This document shows positions 42,601-52,971 of a DNA stretch of 64,000 nt, in pieces (position 1 is the stretch's first letter; each line of letters opens with the position of its first letter). The stretch covers positions 4,836,001 to 4,900,000 of the forward strand of contig CAKKNE010000001.1 of assembly GCA_918797485.1 (NCBI GenBank), in the 5' to 3' direction. Below the pieces are notes generated by a model. That model saw only the letters and a program-made list of their open reading frames with translations. It was not told the DNA's origin and did no database searches. Source of the DNA: Pelagomonas calceolata. Lineage: Eukaryota. Made by a program: the position numbers and the translations under genes.

Positions 42601-44031
42601 CTCCGACATAAGTTTGGTGATGTCTATGGTTACGTAGGTGCTGGACGTGAATTTCCACTCGCAGTTCTGGTCGGGCGCGTAGGCGGCCGTACTCCCAGAG
42701 CCATCGTAAATTGTCTGCCCGGCCGAAAGAGTGCCCCCCGTGCACGTGCTGCCGTCTTTCTCCTGGACGGAGGCGGTTTTGCCTAAGTCGAACTCGCCGT
42801 CGACGATGGGACCGGCCGTGTCAGCCGCGAGCAGCGTCTGGTAGTCGCTGTCCGAGAGTTCCTGGAGGGCCGTTTTGTAATAGTTGCCGTCGTAGTAGGG
42901 CGCAGGGTCGCCGCACGTACCGCCTCCGGCGCAATCGGCGTTCGACTCGCACGTCTTAGCAAAGTCGTCGGAACAAATCTTCGCGGAAGGGTCCTCGGCC
43001 AGCACCTTCTGCTCGTAGAAGAAGTAGGCCGAGTTCTGAGTCATCTTGGGGAGGTCGTAATATTCTTCAGCATATTTACCGTTACTATCGGGGAGCTGGT
43101 CATCGACGCTCAAGTACTCGAATTTCTCGACGGCCTTTTTGGTGGCATCCCTATCGTCGTTGCTTATGCTCGCGCTGCCGAGGTACTCCTGGAGGTAGGA
43201 GAATTCCGTGACGATTTCGTTGTAGTCACCACTCGTCCCCCAGTTGCCCGTGTCGAGCTTCGTGGCCGCCGCACTCTGCGTGTAGTCGTAGCGCGTCTGC
43301 TCGAAGGCGGTGACGAGCTTCTTGACGAGGCTTGGATGACTCGCGATGAACTCGTTGGAGGCCGCCAGGACGTTGCCAGTGACATATTCCCACTGAGCCA
43401 CCGTCGTGGCGTCGACCATGGCGCGGCCCCCGTTGGCCTCCATGTACTGCATCGTCGTGCCCCAGATGCACGCGCCGTCGATGGTGCCGTCATCCCAGGC
43501 CGCCTTGATTTCATCCGGCGACATGAACACGAGGTTCACGTCCGTCAGGTCCATGCCGGCGTTCGCGATGACCGCGAGCGCGACGTAGTGCGTCGTGCTG
43601 GTCTTCGGCACCGCGATCGTCGCCTTCCACGTCTCGTTCGAGAGCTGCTTGGGCTCGGTGAACTGCTCGCGCGTAATGAGCGCCTCCGCCGAGCCCTTGA
43701 TGTGCGCCATTGCGACGGCCTGGAGCGCGCCGCGCCGCGCCGCCGACGCCGCGTACGGCGTCGAACCGAGCAGCGCCATGTCCAGGTCGCCCGAGTCGAG
43801 CTTTTGGATCGAGTAAATGCCGCTCGACTGCCGGTAGAAGGTCCAGCACTCGGCGCAAACGGTAGAACTTGTAGTAGTAGGACTCGTCCAGCAATCGTTG
43901 AGCCAGTCCGTCATGATGGCCAGCGCCTCCGGGTTGGAGTCCCCGAACGTGCCCACGCGGATGCGCTTGGTGCACGTTTGCGCCGCCGCGAGCCCGGGCA
44001 GCAGCGAAACAAGGAGGGCGCGCATCGCCAT
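39675..44031 (-). CDS. Single-pass receptor-like ADP-ribosyltransferase (signal peptide, TauA-like SBP, CUB/EGF modules, TM, WWE, SH3-like, PARP catalytic domain); intron 41103-41286; about 1390 aa
   Basis: Exons 44031-41287 and 41102-39675 join in frame (RKKMK/AKSKAQK). Motifs: LDSGDLDMALLGSTP, IAVPKTSTTHY, AWDDGTIDGACIW; YAPNSRCGWRI..GFDFVKIY; WYWE..WIPYD..QTNLRTGFSR; LFHG, YGKGVYFARDAKYS, YPEYLIKF. Confidence 0.88.
41103..41286 (-). mobile_element. Introner, longest copy (176-bp element), 184-nt GT-AG intron
   Basis: Perfect 15-bp TIR CTGTGTGGAAATCAA; TSD GTGAAGAG/GCGAAAAG (6/8); central hairpin. Confidence 0.93.
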
Positions 44032-44330
44032 CGCTTTTTTGCTGCGGGACGTCCCCGGTTGTGGTACGGTACGCCGCGCTGCGAGGGGAGGCAGCCCCAC
44101 GCTACGCCTCGGCTTTCTGCCGCACGCCTCGATCCTCGGAGACCTCTGTTCCAAAGCCGAGCCGGGGAGGAATCCGGGGAGGGGGGGTCGGGGATGCGCG
44201 GCGGCGCCATCGTCTCAAGCAGGACCGTACTCCTCCGCGTCGGAGCTATAGGAGGAGCGGCCGGTTTGGAGCTTACAGTGGGGTTTTGAGAAACAAAGCC
44301 GCGCGGCGAGCCAGATTATAAAACTGAACA

Positions 44331-45275
44331 TTACAAAACCGGCCTCAGCTTCGCGAGCTCGCGCTTTAAGCGCGCGCGCTCACCCGCTTTAAGACCGCAG
44401 TCCGCGAGGAGGTCTCCGAGGTCCCCGGCATCGCGCGCCTCGACGAGGTCCTCAACGCCGACTTTCTCCGCGGCGAAGGTCGCTTCGAACTCGTCCAGGC
44501 GGGCCGCGCGGAGCAGGTCGGCGAGGTCCCCCACCGGCTCGGGCGCCGCGACCGGCTCGGGCGCCGCAGCGACCACCAGCGCGGGCGCGGCGACCACCGG
44601 CTCGGGCGCCGCCTCGGGCTCCGGCGCGGCCGCGGCGCCCTTGGCCTCCAGGGCTGCGTCGCAGCGCGCCTCGAGCGCCGCGAACTCGAGCGTCGCGGCG
44701 AGCGCGGCGGCGGCGGCGGCCAGGTCGTCGCCCACGGCGCGCTCGAGGTCGGTCCGCGCGCGGAGCCGCTCGATGGCCGCCGCGCCGCCCACGCCCGCGA
44801 AGGCCGCGGCGAAGGGTCCGGCGCGGCAGTGCTCGGCGAGGAGCGCCGCGGCGCAGCGCAGGCACCGCGGCGCCTCGCAGTCGTCGTCGTCGTCGTCCTC
44901 CGCGTCGGCGCCCGCCGCGAACCAGGCGAGCGCCGCCGGCCAGCGCGTCGCGGCGGCGCCGGCGAGGAACCGCGCCGCGTCGGCGATCGAGAGCGTCGCG
45001 TCGGCGAGCGCCGCCCGCAGCGGCCTGAGCGGCGGCGCCAGGATCGCGCGCCGGAGCGCCGCGGCGCGCGCGGGCCCGCCGCCGTCGTCGTCGCCGCGCG
45101 AAGCGATGGCGCGCTCGAGCGCCTGCACGCGCGAGGCCAGCTTCTTGTCGCGCGCGAGCGCCGGCGACACGCTGTCCGCGTCGAGCCACGTCGCCTCGTT
45201 CGCGCCCTCGACCGCCGGGTCCGCGTCGAGGTCGTAGGCGCCATCCTCGGTGAGCTCTTGGACCAGGGTGGCCAT
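44331..45275 (-). CDS. Ala-rich protein with C-terminal SAM-like domain
   Basis: LADLLRAARLDEFEATFAAEKVGVEDL....LADCGLKAGERARLKREL. Confidence 0.65.
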   Translation of the reverse strand: MATLVQELTEDGAYDLDADPAVEGANEATWLDADSVSPALARDKKLASRVQALERAIASRGDDDGGGPARAAALRRAILAPPLRPLRAALADATLSIADAARFLAGAAATRWPAALAWFAAGADAEDDDDDDCEAPRCLRCAAALLAEHCRAGPFAAAFAGVGGAAAIERLRARTDLERAVGDDLAAAAAALAATLEFAALEARCDAALEAKGAAAAPEPEAAPEPVVAAPALVVAAAPEPVAAPEPVGDLADLLRAARLDEFEATFAAEKVGVEDLVEARDAGDLGDLLADCGLKAGERARLKRELAKLRPVL

Positions 45276-45493
45276 TTTTCTTACGTGTATCCTCGCTTTT
45301 GCTCACACGCGATCGATGCGGCGCCTCGCGGTCGGGTAACTCCTGAGAGCACGCTGTAGAGTATGCGGCAGTGCCCGACGTTGCACGACCTTGCCGTACG
45401 CGTTCTCTATGTGCAGCAAATGATTGCGCCAAGCTTTCTTTCGTCTGTGTTGATGTCTGGAGACGGATCGAGGACTCAGGACTTGGCTGCTTG

Positions 45494-45514
45494 CTAGTGT
45501 CTTACCGACGCTAG
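45494..45514. promoter_or_regulatory. CTAGTG-N9-CGCTAG motif
   Basis: CTAGTGTCTTACCGACGCTAG between divergent genes. Confidence 0.55.
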
Positions 45515-45758
45515 CTAATCACTTTTGCAACTTTGCTCCGACAGCCAAAAAAATTCACCAACCACATATATATACATTTTGCCTGGCGCCTATCACCCGC
45601 TTGGCTCGAGTCTGCAAGCTGCCGCCTGCTGAAGTGCGACACACTGCTCTCCCGACACGCTCTCTGAGACACAAACCTTTTTGGATCCGCGCGTGAGAAG
45701 GCGCTATCAAGCTCACCACTCCAAGACGGCTGCGCGCACCTTACTCTTGTTAGCAGCC

Positions 45759-46670
45759 ATGGCTGAGGAGCTAAGGACCTCCTGCGCGTTGTACGCGTAC
45801 AGCGCAGCAGCGCGCTCGTGCGCCGAGGGCGTCGCACCGCTGCGTGCCGAGGCGCCACGGGCAGCGGCTGGTGGCGAATCACCTGGCAAGCCGGCCAAAA
45901 TCTTGCGGGACCGCGCGCCGTCCGCCGAGGCGGCCACCACCGAGGCGCCGGCCAAGAAGAAGCCCAAGCCGAGACTGACGCACTTCTTCGCGCTGCGCGT
46001 GGCGCCGGACGCGCTCCGTGAGACTGCCGGCGCCCTGCAGACGGCGCTCGTGGAGGCCGACAAGGATCTTTCCAAGTGCGTGATTTCACCGGAGAAGTTC
46101 CACGTCACGCTCGGATTGCTCTCCCTGGGCGCGGGAGATCCCGACGCGCGCCAGCGCGCCGAGGCCGCCCTCCTCGAAGCCGCGGCCGCACCGCCGCCGA
46201 CGGTCGTCTTCCCCGGGCTCGACTCGTTCGGCGACCGAGTGCTCTTCGCGAAGGTCGAGGATGCGTTGGGCGACGGGCGGCTCGCGGCCGTCGCCGCTGC
46301 GTCCAAGCGCGCGCTGGAGGCACACGGCTTCCCGAACCAGCCCGATTTCGCGCCGCACATGACGCTCGCGAAGACGAGCAAAGCGCGCACGCGCCGGCGG
46401 CTGAAGATCCCCAAGGCGTCCTGGGCCGCGCTGGCCGACGCGCCCGCCGCAGGGACGCAGACCCTCGGCACGATCGAATTGCTTAGCATGGTCGGCGACG
46501 ACGGCAGCGGAGGCTACCCAGTCGTCGCGGCGGCGCCGCTCGGCGGCGGGGAGCTCGTGACGCCGTCTGACGGCGCCACCGTCGAGGTGTCTGCACCCCG
46601 CAGCAAACGCGCGCGGTGGAAGCGGAACACGCGGGCTCGCCGCGCCGCGGCCTCGGAGAAGACTGTTTAA
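45759..46670 (+). CDS. AKAP7-like 2H phosphoesterase
   Basis: THFFALRV and two HxT motifs (FHVTLG, PHMTLAK); GLDSFGDRVLFA. Confidence 0.85.
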   Translation: MAEELRTSCALYAYSAAARSCAEGVAPLRAEAPRAAAGGESPGKPAKILRDRAPSAEAATTEAPAKKKPKPRLTHFFALRVAPDALRETAGALQTALVEADKDLSKCVISPEKFHVTLGLLSLGAGDPDARQRAEAALLEAAAAPPPTVVFPGLDSFGDRVLFAKVEDALGDGRLAAVAAASKRALEAHGFPNQPDFAPHMTLAKTSKARTRRRLKIPKASWAALADAPAAGTQTLGTIELLSMVGDDGSGGYPVVAAAPLGGGELVTPSDGATVEVSAPRSKRARWKRNTRARRAAASEKTV

Positions 46671-46733
46671 GTGAACTTGAATCGTGACTCGGACTCGGAA
46701 CTACCTAATGCTCAAAGTTTTAGTTACGGCGGC

Positions 46734-47951
46734 TTATTTCTTGCCCTTCTTTTTAGCTTTTTTGGCGGCCGCGTCGCGTGCGGCCTTATTCTTGGCCGCT
46801 AATTCATCTGCGATTTTCGCCTCGGCCTCCTTGCGCTGCCGCCGCTCCTCGTCCATGGCCACCATGCGCTCGAGGGCCCGCGCGTCGCGCTGCTCCTGGT
46901 AGTAGACCTCCAACAACCTCCGCTCCTCCTCGGCGTCGGCCATGGCCTTGCGGCCGGCCTCCTCGCGCGCGAGCTGGTCGCGGTACGCCTTTTCCCGCTT
47001 GTTTTTCGCTTTGGTTTCACGCTTGTTGTGCGCGATGCGGTCGGCGATGCGCTGGGCGTCCAATTCCAGAATGCCGCCGTGGCCCACGTCGAAATCTATC
47101 AAAGTTTCGTTGGCCACCAGCGCGTCCGCGATGGCCGCGCCCGCGGCCGTGCCGAGGTCGCAGCGCCACATGTTCAACCGTGTGAGTGTTGTGTTCGACC
47201 CTAACGCTTTGGCGAGCGCCACGACGCCGGTCTGGTCCGTCGACTCGTTCGTGAGGGGGTTCGTCTCCATGTTCAGCGCCCTTAGGGTGGTATTGACGGT
47301 GAGCGCATCCCCCACACTCCGGCAGCACCGCGGGCCGAAGCGGTTCTCCGAGACGTCCAAGGTCCCGATACTCGTGTTGCGCTTCAGCATCCGGCCTAGT
47401 TGCGCGCCCGCAAAGTCCGACAGGCCGTTCCGCGACAAATCCAGGCACGTTATACTCGAAGACGACCATAAAGCCTTCGCTAAAGCTCTACAAACGATGG
47501 AGTCGCACTCGATGCGGCACGCGTCGCGCGTCTGGTTGTTCTTTATTGTATTCAACCAAGCCTTGGCATCCAGCGAATCATGAATCGCGTCCTGCTCCTC
47601 CCGTAGTTGTTTTTCTAATTGTAACCGCTTCTTCTGGAGCTTGGCCTTCATGCGGTTGCGCTGTAGCGCTGCTCTTTTTTCCGCTTTCAACTTCTCCAGA
47701 TTTTCTGAAAACTCCTTATCGAGCACTTTTTGCAGTTCTCGAGCGTCATCATTGAAAAAGCCCTTCGGGTGCATGCCCCGCCGCTCGAACTCGACGACCA
47801 GGTCCTCCATCTTCATCTCGAAGGCGTCCATGGGCTTCATGTCGCTGAAGTCGAGGTCGTCGTCGCCGCCCGTGAAGTCGTCGCCGTCGTCGGCCTCTAA
47901 TACATCTTCCGTGCCGAGGGCCTCGAGCTCCTCGTTCGTCACGACGATCAT
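46734..47951 (-). CDS. RNI-like leucine-rich repeat protein with coiled coils
   Basis: ITCLDLSRNGLSD, NTSIGTLDVSEN, NTTLRALNME, NTTLTRLNM. Confidence 0.85.
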   Translation of the reverse strand: MIVVTNEELEALGTEDVLEADDGDDFTGGDDDLDFSDMKPMDAFEMKMEDLVVEFERRGMHPKGFFNDDARELQKVLDKEFSENLEKLKAEKRAALQRNRMKAKLQKKRLQLEKQLREEQDAIHDSLDAKAWLNTIKNNQTRDACRIECDSIVCRALAKALWSSSSITCLDLSRNGLSDFAGAQLGRMLKRNTSIGTLDVSENRFGPRCCRSVGDALTVNTTLRALNMETNPLTNESTDQTGVVALAKALGSNTTLTRLNMWRCDLGTAAGAAIADALVANETLIDFDVGHGGILELDAQRIADRIAHNKRETKAKNKREKAYRDQLAREEAGRKAMADAEEERRLLEVYYQEQRDARALERMVAMDEERRQRKEAEAKIADELAAKNKAARDAAAKKAKKKGKK

Positions 47952-48380
47952 GGTCGCGGTGGTGGTGTTGCTGGTCCGCTAGCGCGTCGCGTGTTGGTCG
48001 ACGTGAGGGCTGCCCGGGACTACTTGTCTGGTGCGTGCTAGTTCGCTGCCCTTGGAAGCGTTGGTGGGTGCGCGCCACGACTTATTTAGCTGCGAACCGT
48101 GTGCCGGTGGTGGTCGGATCACGGCCGGCGTACCAGGCAATTTGTCGGCGGGAGCGCTGCGGGCAGACGGGCTAGAGGCCTGCTGCTAGGCCGCCCCCCT
48201 GGCCGTCGCGTGACCGAGTCCTCGACGGGGCCACCGTCGCCCACTGTTCTGGGGTTCTGTTCTGGCGATCGTTTCCCCCGGCGTATGCTGCTAAGAAAGA
48301 CGCGGCCCGCGCCCCCCCGCGTGGCCAGGCTCGGAGTTCTAGCTCGGAGTCGTACGCAAGGTGATAACAAGCAAAGGAAT

Positions 48381-51354
48381 TTACAAACAGAATTGGATGG
48401 TGCCGCCGGCGGGGGGCGAGTCCGACGCCTCCTCCTCGTCGTCGTCGTCCCCGTCCTCCTCGTCGCCGCCGGCGAACGAGTCGATGAGCGCCTGGTAGCG
48501 CTTCGGCATCAGCGGCGCGAGCTTTGTGAAATAATGCGACGTGAGATGTAGGTTCATGAGGGCGCACGTGACGTCCTCGGCGTCGCTCACGGCGCCTCGC
48601 ATATGCGTCGCCATGCGAGCCCTCCAGTCGGTGACTCTGGGGAACGTCTCGTCAATCTCCTTCGCAAAGGCGGTCTCGAGCCAGGCCTCGAAGACCTGGT
48701 CGTGGGCTAGGCGCAGGAACCTGTGCATAAATCAATCAGTGAGTCGGGTGCACTCATGATTCAGACGCGCCGCGACAATTTGATTTATGCACTGGCAGGA
48801 ACGAGTAGTGCTTGAAATCGACGCGGCCCGGCTCGTCACGGCCGCAAAGATACGCGTGCTTTGCGAGCACGTCTTCCAGCGGCCTGAGACAGTCGCGCCA
48901 CTTCTCTTTCGCATCCGCATGAGCCTTGCGCTTCTCGGCGTCACGGTGGTCCTCAATACACGTAGGCGAGGTCGATGCGACGCCAAACCAGGAGCCCATC
49001 ATCCCATCCGCCGCCGTGCCGTCCGTGAGCGCGCCCTCGGCGGACGCGAGCGTCGCGGCCGCCTCGGGGTACCACTTGCAGGCCGCGTCGACGACGGCCG
49101 CCGAATCACCGACGAACTCGCTCGTGCCGTCCTCCAGCACGCGGACCACGGCGGGATAGGTCGCCGACTTCGATTCAGGCAACGCCGCGAACCACCTTTT
49201 TTCAAACCACGCCGGTTTACGGTGCATATCGCCCAGGATCGTCTCGTACGGGATATTTGCATGGCGCAAACACGCGGCGGCAAAGGCTGAGAATGCGCAG
49301 CATTGTTCGATCGGTTGGTCCGGATTGGAATCGTGTCGCCGGAGCCCACCGTAGATCAAATAAACGCCGGGCTTCGTCATCATCACTGGCTCGGCGTCGA
49401 GCTCTGCGTGCAGCTGTTCTAGCCGTTGCTCCCGGGGCACGTGCTTGCCGTACGCGTCGACGAGCTCCTGGTAGCGCTTCGGCAACAGCGGCACGCATTG
49501 CGGGAAGAACCGATTGATGAGATGGAGGTTCGTAATGGCCACCGCCGTCTCCGTATCATCGCTTACGGCGCCGCGCACCAGGGGAGCCATGCGCCCCCTC
49601 CAGTCCGCGACGCGCGGGAATGACGCGTCGAGCTCCGCCGCAAACTCGGCGTCCAGCCACGCGGCGAAGACGTAGTCGTGCGCGAAGCGCAAGAACGAAA
49701 ACTGCTTGAAATCCACGCGCCCGGGCGTGTCGCGGCCGCTCAGGAACGCGTGCTTCTCCAGCACGTCTTCCAAAGGCCGCACGCAGCCCTTCCACTTCTC
49801 CCTGGCTTCCGCGTAGGCACGCCGCTTCTCGGCGTCGCGATGGTCCTCGATGGTCACCGGCGCGCTGGAGCACACGGCCCACCACGCGCCCATGCAGCCG
49901 TCCGCCGCGGTGCCCTCGGCGAGGCCGCCCGCGGCGGACGCCAGCTTTTCGGCCGCGTCCGGGTACCACCTACACGCCGCGTCGACGACGGCCGCCGAAT
50001 CGCCGACGAACTCGCTCGTGCCGTCGTCCGACACTCGGATGATGGCGGGGAACGTCGCGGACTTCGACTCCGGCAGCTCCTTGAACCACCGCTTCTCGTA
50101 CCACTGCGGCTTGTGGTGCGTGTCTGCGAGAATCGTCTCGTGCGGCACTCCAGCTTGGCGCAGGCACATGGACGCGAATGCCGAAAACGAGCACGTCATC
50201 TCGAGCGGCTGATCCGGATTTTCTTCGTTCCGCCGCAGCGCGCCGTACACGAGGTAGAGCCCGGGCTTCTCCATCGGCGGCTCCTTATCCAACGACGCGT
50301 GCAACTTCGCTAAACGCGCGGCCCGCGTCGCCGCAAACTCGCGCGACCGCCGAGGCTTCGACAGGGGCACCACTTGCGAGATCTTATCAAAGTCGATCTT
50401 CGGCTTGCCCGTCTTCTCGTCAAAAGTAGTCGCGTCCACGAAGCGGTGGTCCACCACCACATCGTCGCTCAGCGAGTAGCGCTTGATGCAATGTAAGTCG
50501 TCGTGGAAGACGCCATCCCTGCCCACAAAGGTGACCGTGATATTCTTGCGCGCTGAGTTCTTCTCCCAGTCGTCGAGTACCGGTTTCAAGGGACTGTTGT
50601 CGTCGATGCGGTGCGCAATGCTATAAATCCCCGTAATGACCCCGGGCATCGACACTTCGAGATGTTCGTTGCGCACGTAGCTCTCGCCCTCCGGCGTAGA
50701 CACTGGAGTCAGCAACGATAGCTTCGCGTCCGGATGATAGATAAGATTACATCGCTTGTTGCCGAGCCGTATTAACAAATACGGCACGCCTCTTCGTTTC
50801 ACGATGCAGGCGCGATCGCCAAACACGAGCTGCGACTGGGGGTGCTGGAACTTCGTGCAGACGATCGCAAACACGAGCACGTTCAGGGCTAGCCCGGTCA
50901 AATGCTGAAGCACGCCCAGGGCGAAGGCCGTGCCGCTGCGCGGCTCCATCTGCCCCCAGCCCATGGTCACGATGTTCTCGCACGCGAAGGCCAGGGAGCG
51001 CACGAACGGCTTGTCCGACAGAGATAGAGCCGACCCGTCGATGTCGTTCGCGGCGGCCAGCGTGACGCACGCCCAGAGCGCCACCGTGCACACGTACGCC
51101 AACACGCAGTAGCTCAGCATCGTGCCCCAGCTCATGTCGAGCATGCTAAAGTACAGATCAGTTACCTGCACCCGGCCCGTGGCGCGCTGCTTGATCTGCG
51201 CGCGCATCGAGCCCTGTTTTTTGCGCCGCAGGTCCTCCGAGGACAGCCGCGCCTCGGGGTTCGTCAGGGGCAGCACCTTGCTGCTCATCTGGCGCAGGAG
51301 CGTCGTCTTCGCCACGGCCTTGCGGAAGCGGCCCTTGCCTTCGCCGCCGCCCAT
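48381..51354 (-). CDS. Inward-rectifier-type K+ channel fused to two GST-fold (DHAR/CLIC-like) domains; intron 48721-48802; about 963 aa
   Basis: TDLYFSMLDMSW, pore VTMGWG, KFQHPQSQLVFGDRACI..GVPYLLIRLGN, HRIDDNSPL; repeats CSFS..KPQWY..TFPAI..GDS and CAFS..KPAWF..TYPAV..GDS. Confidence 0.85.
48721..48802 (-). mobile_element. Introner (variant TIR), 82-nt GT-AG intron with perfect 8-bp TSD
   Basis: Minus strand GTTCCTGC-CAGTGCATAAATCAA...TTGATTTATGCACAG-GTTCCTGC; splicing gives HYS/FLRLAHDQ. Confidence 0.92.
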
Positions 51355-51930
51355 GATTCTCGTCGCGTGGGCAGCCCCCAAGTCGTGTGTGCCTGTGGCA
51401 GCCCTTATTCCACTGCCGCTCGCCTCAAAAGCGGTGCTGTGCCGCCGTGGGAGCACGCAGGAAATGCTGGTTTGAGACCGTGCACACTGTGGCCGCGTCA
51501 ATAGATGTGCGTATGGCGCTTTAAGCTTGATCACATGCAGCGCAGAGAGCGCGGGTTTTGCACCTGGACAAATAGAACGAACCAACTCCCACCCGTGCCG
51601 CCCGTAGGGCTCGTGGATAGCTAAGACCATAGCTGCCCGGCTCGCCGCGGCCGCCCGCTCGCGGCTCGCTGTAACAGGGAGCCCGAAGAAGAACCGGAAT
51701 ATCGCGCGCAGCGGCGTCCCCACTGCACCCTTGCTCGACGCGACCCCCGCGCGGGCCGCCGCGCTACGGCGCAGCCGCGCTCCCCAACTTTCCCGCGCTT
51801 TCGGCGGCCGCGCGCCGAAAACGGGGCAGCACAATCGAGTTTCGCCTAACGCCGCCGCCGCGGTCACGCCGTCGCCGCCTAACGCCGCCGCCGCGCCCAC
51901 GCCGCCGCCGCAACGCAGATCTTTCGCACC

Positions 51931-52380
51931 ATGATGAAGCTCCTCGCCCTCCTCGCGACGGCCACGGCCCTCAAGCAGCAGCCGAAGGCGCTCGCCGTGC
52001 GCGGCGGCGGCATCGACAAGGCCGGCGTCGTCAAGGCCGTCAACGTCGCCTGGGGCCTCTACGCCGCGCAGATGCTCCTCGTGCCGTCGAAGATCCAGAA
52101 CGACCATTTTGAAGAGAAGGCGACCAAGATGACGGACTTCGCCTGGCGCGGCCACGGCGTCTCCGTGGCCGCCGGCATGTGGGCGCTGACGAAGCTCGAC
52201 ACGGAGGACGCGTTCAAGATGGCCATGGCCTGGGTCGCCGGCATCGCCATCGCCTGCCCGTACAACGCCAAGTTCGACCTCTTCGGCACCTACAAGCAGA
52301 AGTATCCGATGCACTACGTGCCCGAAATCCTCATGCCGGGCCTCCTCGCCGCCGGCTTCATCGCCAACCGGGCCGAGTAG
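51931..52380 (+). CDS. Small multi-pass membrane protein with signal peptide
   Basis: MMKLLALLATATA, VRGG motif, hydrophobic segments, extreme GC3 bias. Confidence 0.7.
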   Translation: MMKLLALLATATALKQQPKALAVRGGGIDKAGVVKAVNVAWGLYAAQMLLVPSKIQNDHFEEKATKMTDFAWRGHGVSVAAGMWALTKLDTEDAFKMAMAWVAGIAIACPYNAKFDLFGTYKQKYPMHYVPEILMPGLLAAGFIANRAE

Positions 52381-52456
52381 ACACCTCGAGAGTGTGCCTA
52401 CCATGATCCGCGCCTACCCGCGCCCAACGCTGGCCAAGTTTAATTCACTAACGTAA

Positions 52457-52759
52457 TTACACGACCTCCTCCTCCTGCTGGATGAACGGGTTCGCGATCT
52501 CCTCCATGCCGTCGACCGGCGACACGAGCGACACCTGCAGCCCCCGGCACACCACCAGGCCCAGCCTCCTTCTTTCGTCCGTCTTCTTGTAGGGGTCGTC
52601 GGGGTCGTGCATCTCCTCGACGCAGTCGTCGAGCACGATGTTTACTAATTGATCGAAACCCTTCAATACGCCGCGCACTTCTCTACCGCCCTGGAAGGTG
52701 ACCCTTACCTCCTTGTCGATGCACTTCTCGAGGTCTATTACTATTGATTTCGTGGCCAT
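52457..52759 (-). CDS. LSM7: U6 snRNA-associated Sm-like protein 7
   Basis: DLEKCIDKEVRVTFQGGREVRGVLKGFDQLVNIVLD, LGLVVCRG..VSPVDGMEEIANPF. Confidence 0.93.
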   Translation of the reverse strand: MATKSIVIDLEKCIDKEVRVTFQGGREVRGVLKGFDQLVNIVLDDCVEEMHDPDDPYKKTDERRRLGLVVCRGLQVSLVSPVDGMEEIANPFIQQEEEVV

Positions 52760-52949
52760 CGTTTCTCGGCTCGCGCGCCGCGGCGGCTGCTCGCTGCTAG
52801 GAGGAGCTGCTCTGTTTTTACTGCCGTTCAGCAAAAAGCTGTGGCGAAAGCGATAGCGACTTGTTGCAGGCGTGTCAGGAAGCAATTCACACGCTCGTTA
52901 TCTTGCGGCGCGGTCGTGATAGCGCAAAAAAAGCTCGGCGCGGCGCGGG

Positions 52950-52971
52950 CTAGCGGCCTGTAAGACACTAG
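52950..52971. promoter_or_regulatory. CTAGTG-N10-CGCTAG motif, reverse orientation
   Basis: Reverse complement CTAGTGTCTTACAGGCCGCTAG between LSM7 and PGK. Confidence 0.55.

Noticed and set aside
51355..52404. N-terminal 350 aa of the 1216-aa ORF
   Set aside because: Antisense to the 51931-52380 gene plus intergenic DNA; the Kir protein plausibly starts at ATG 51354.
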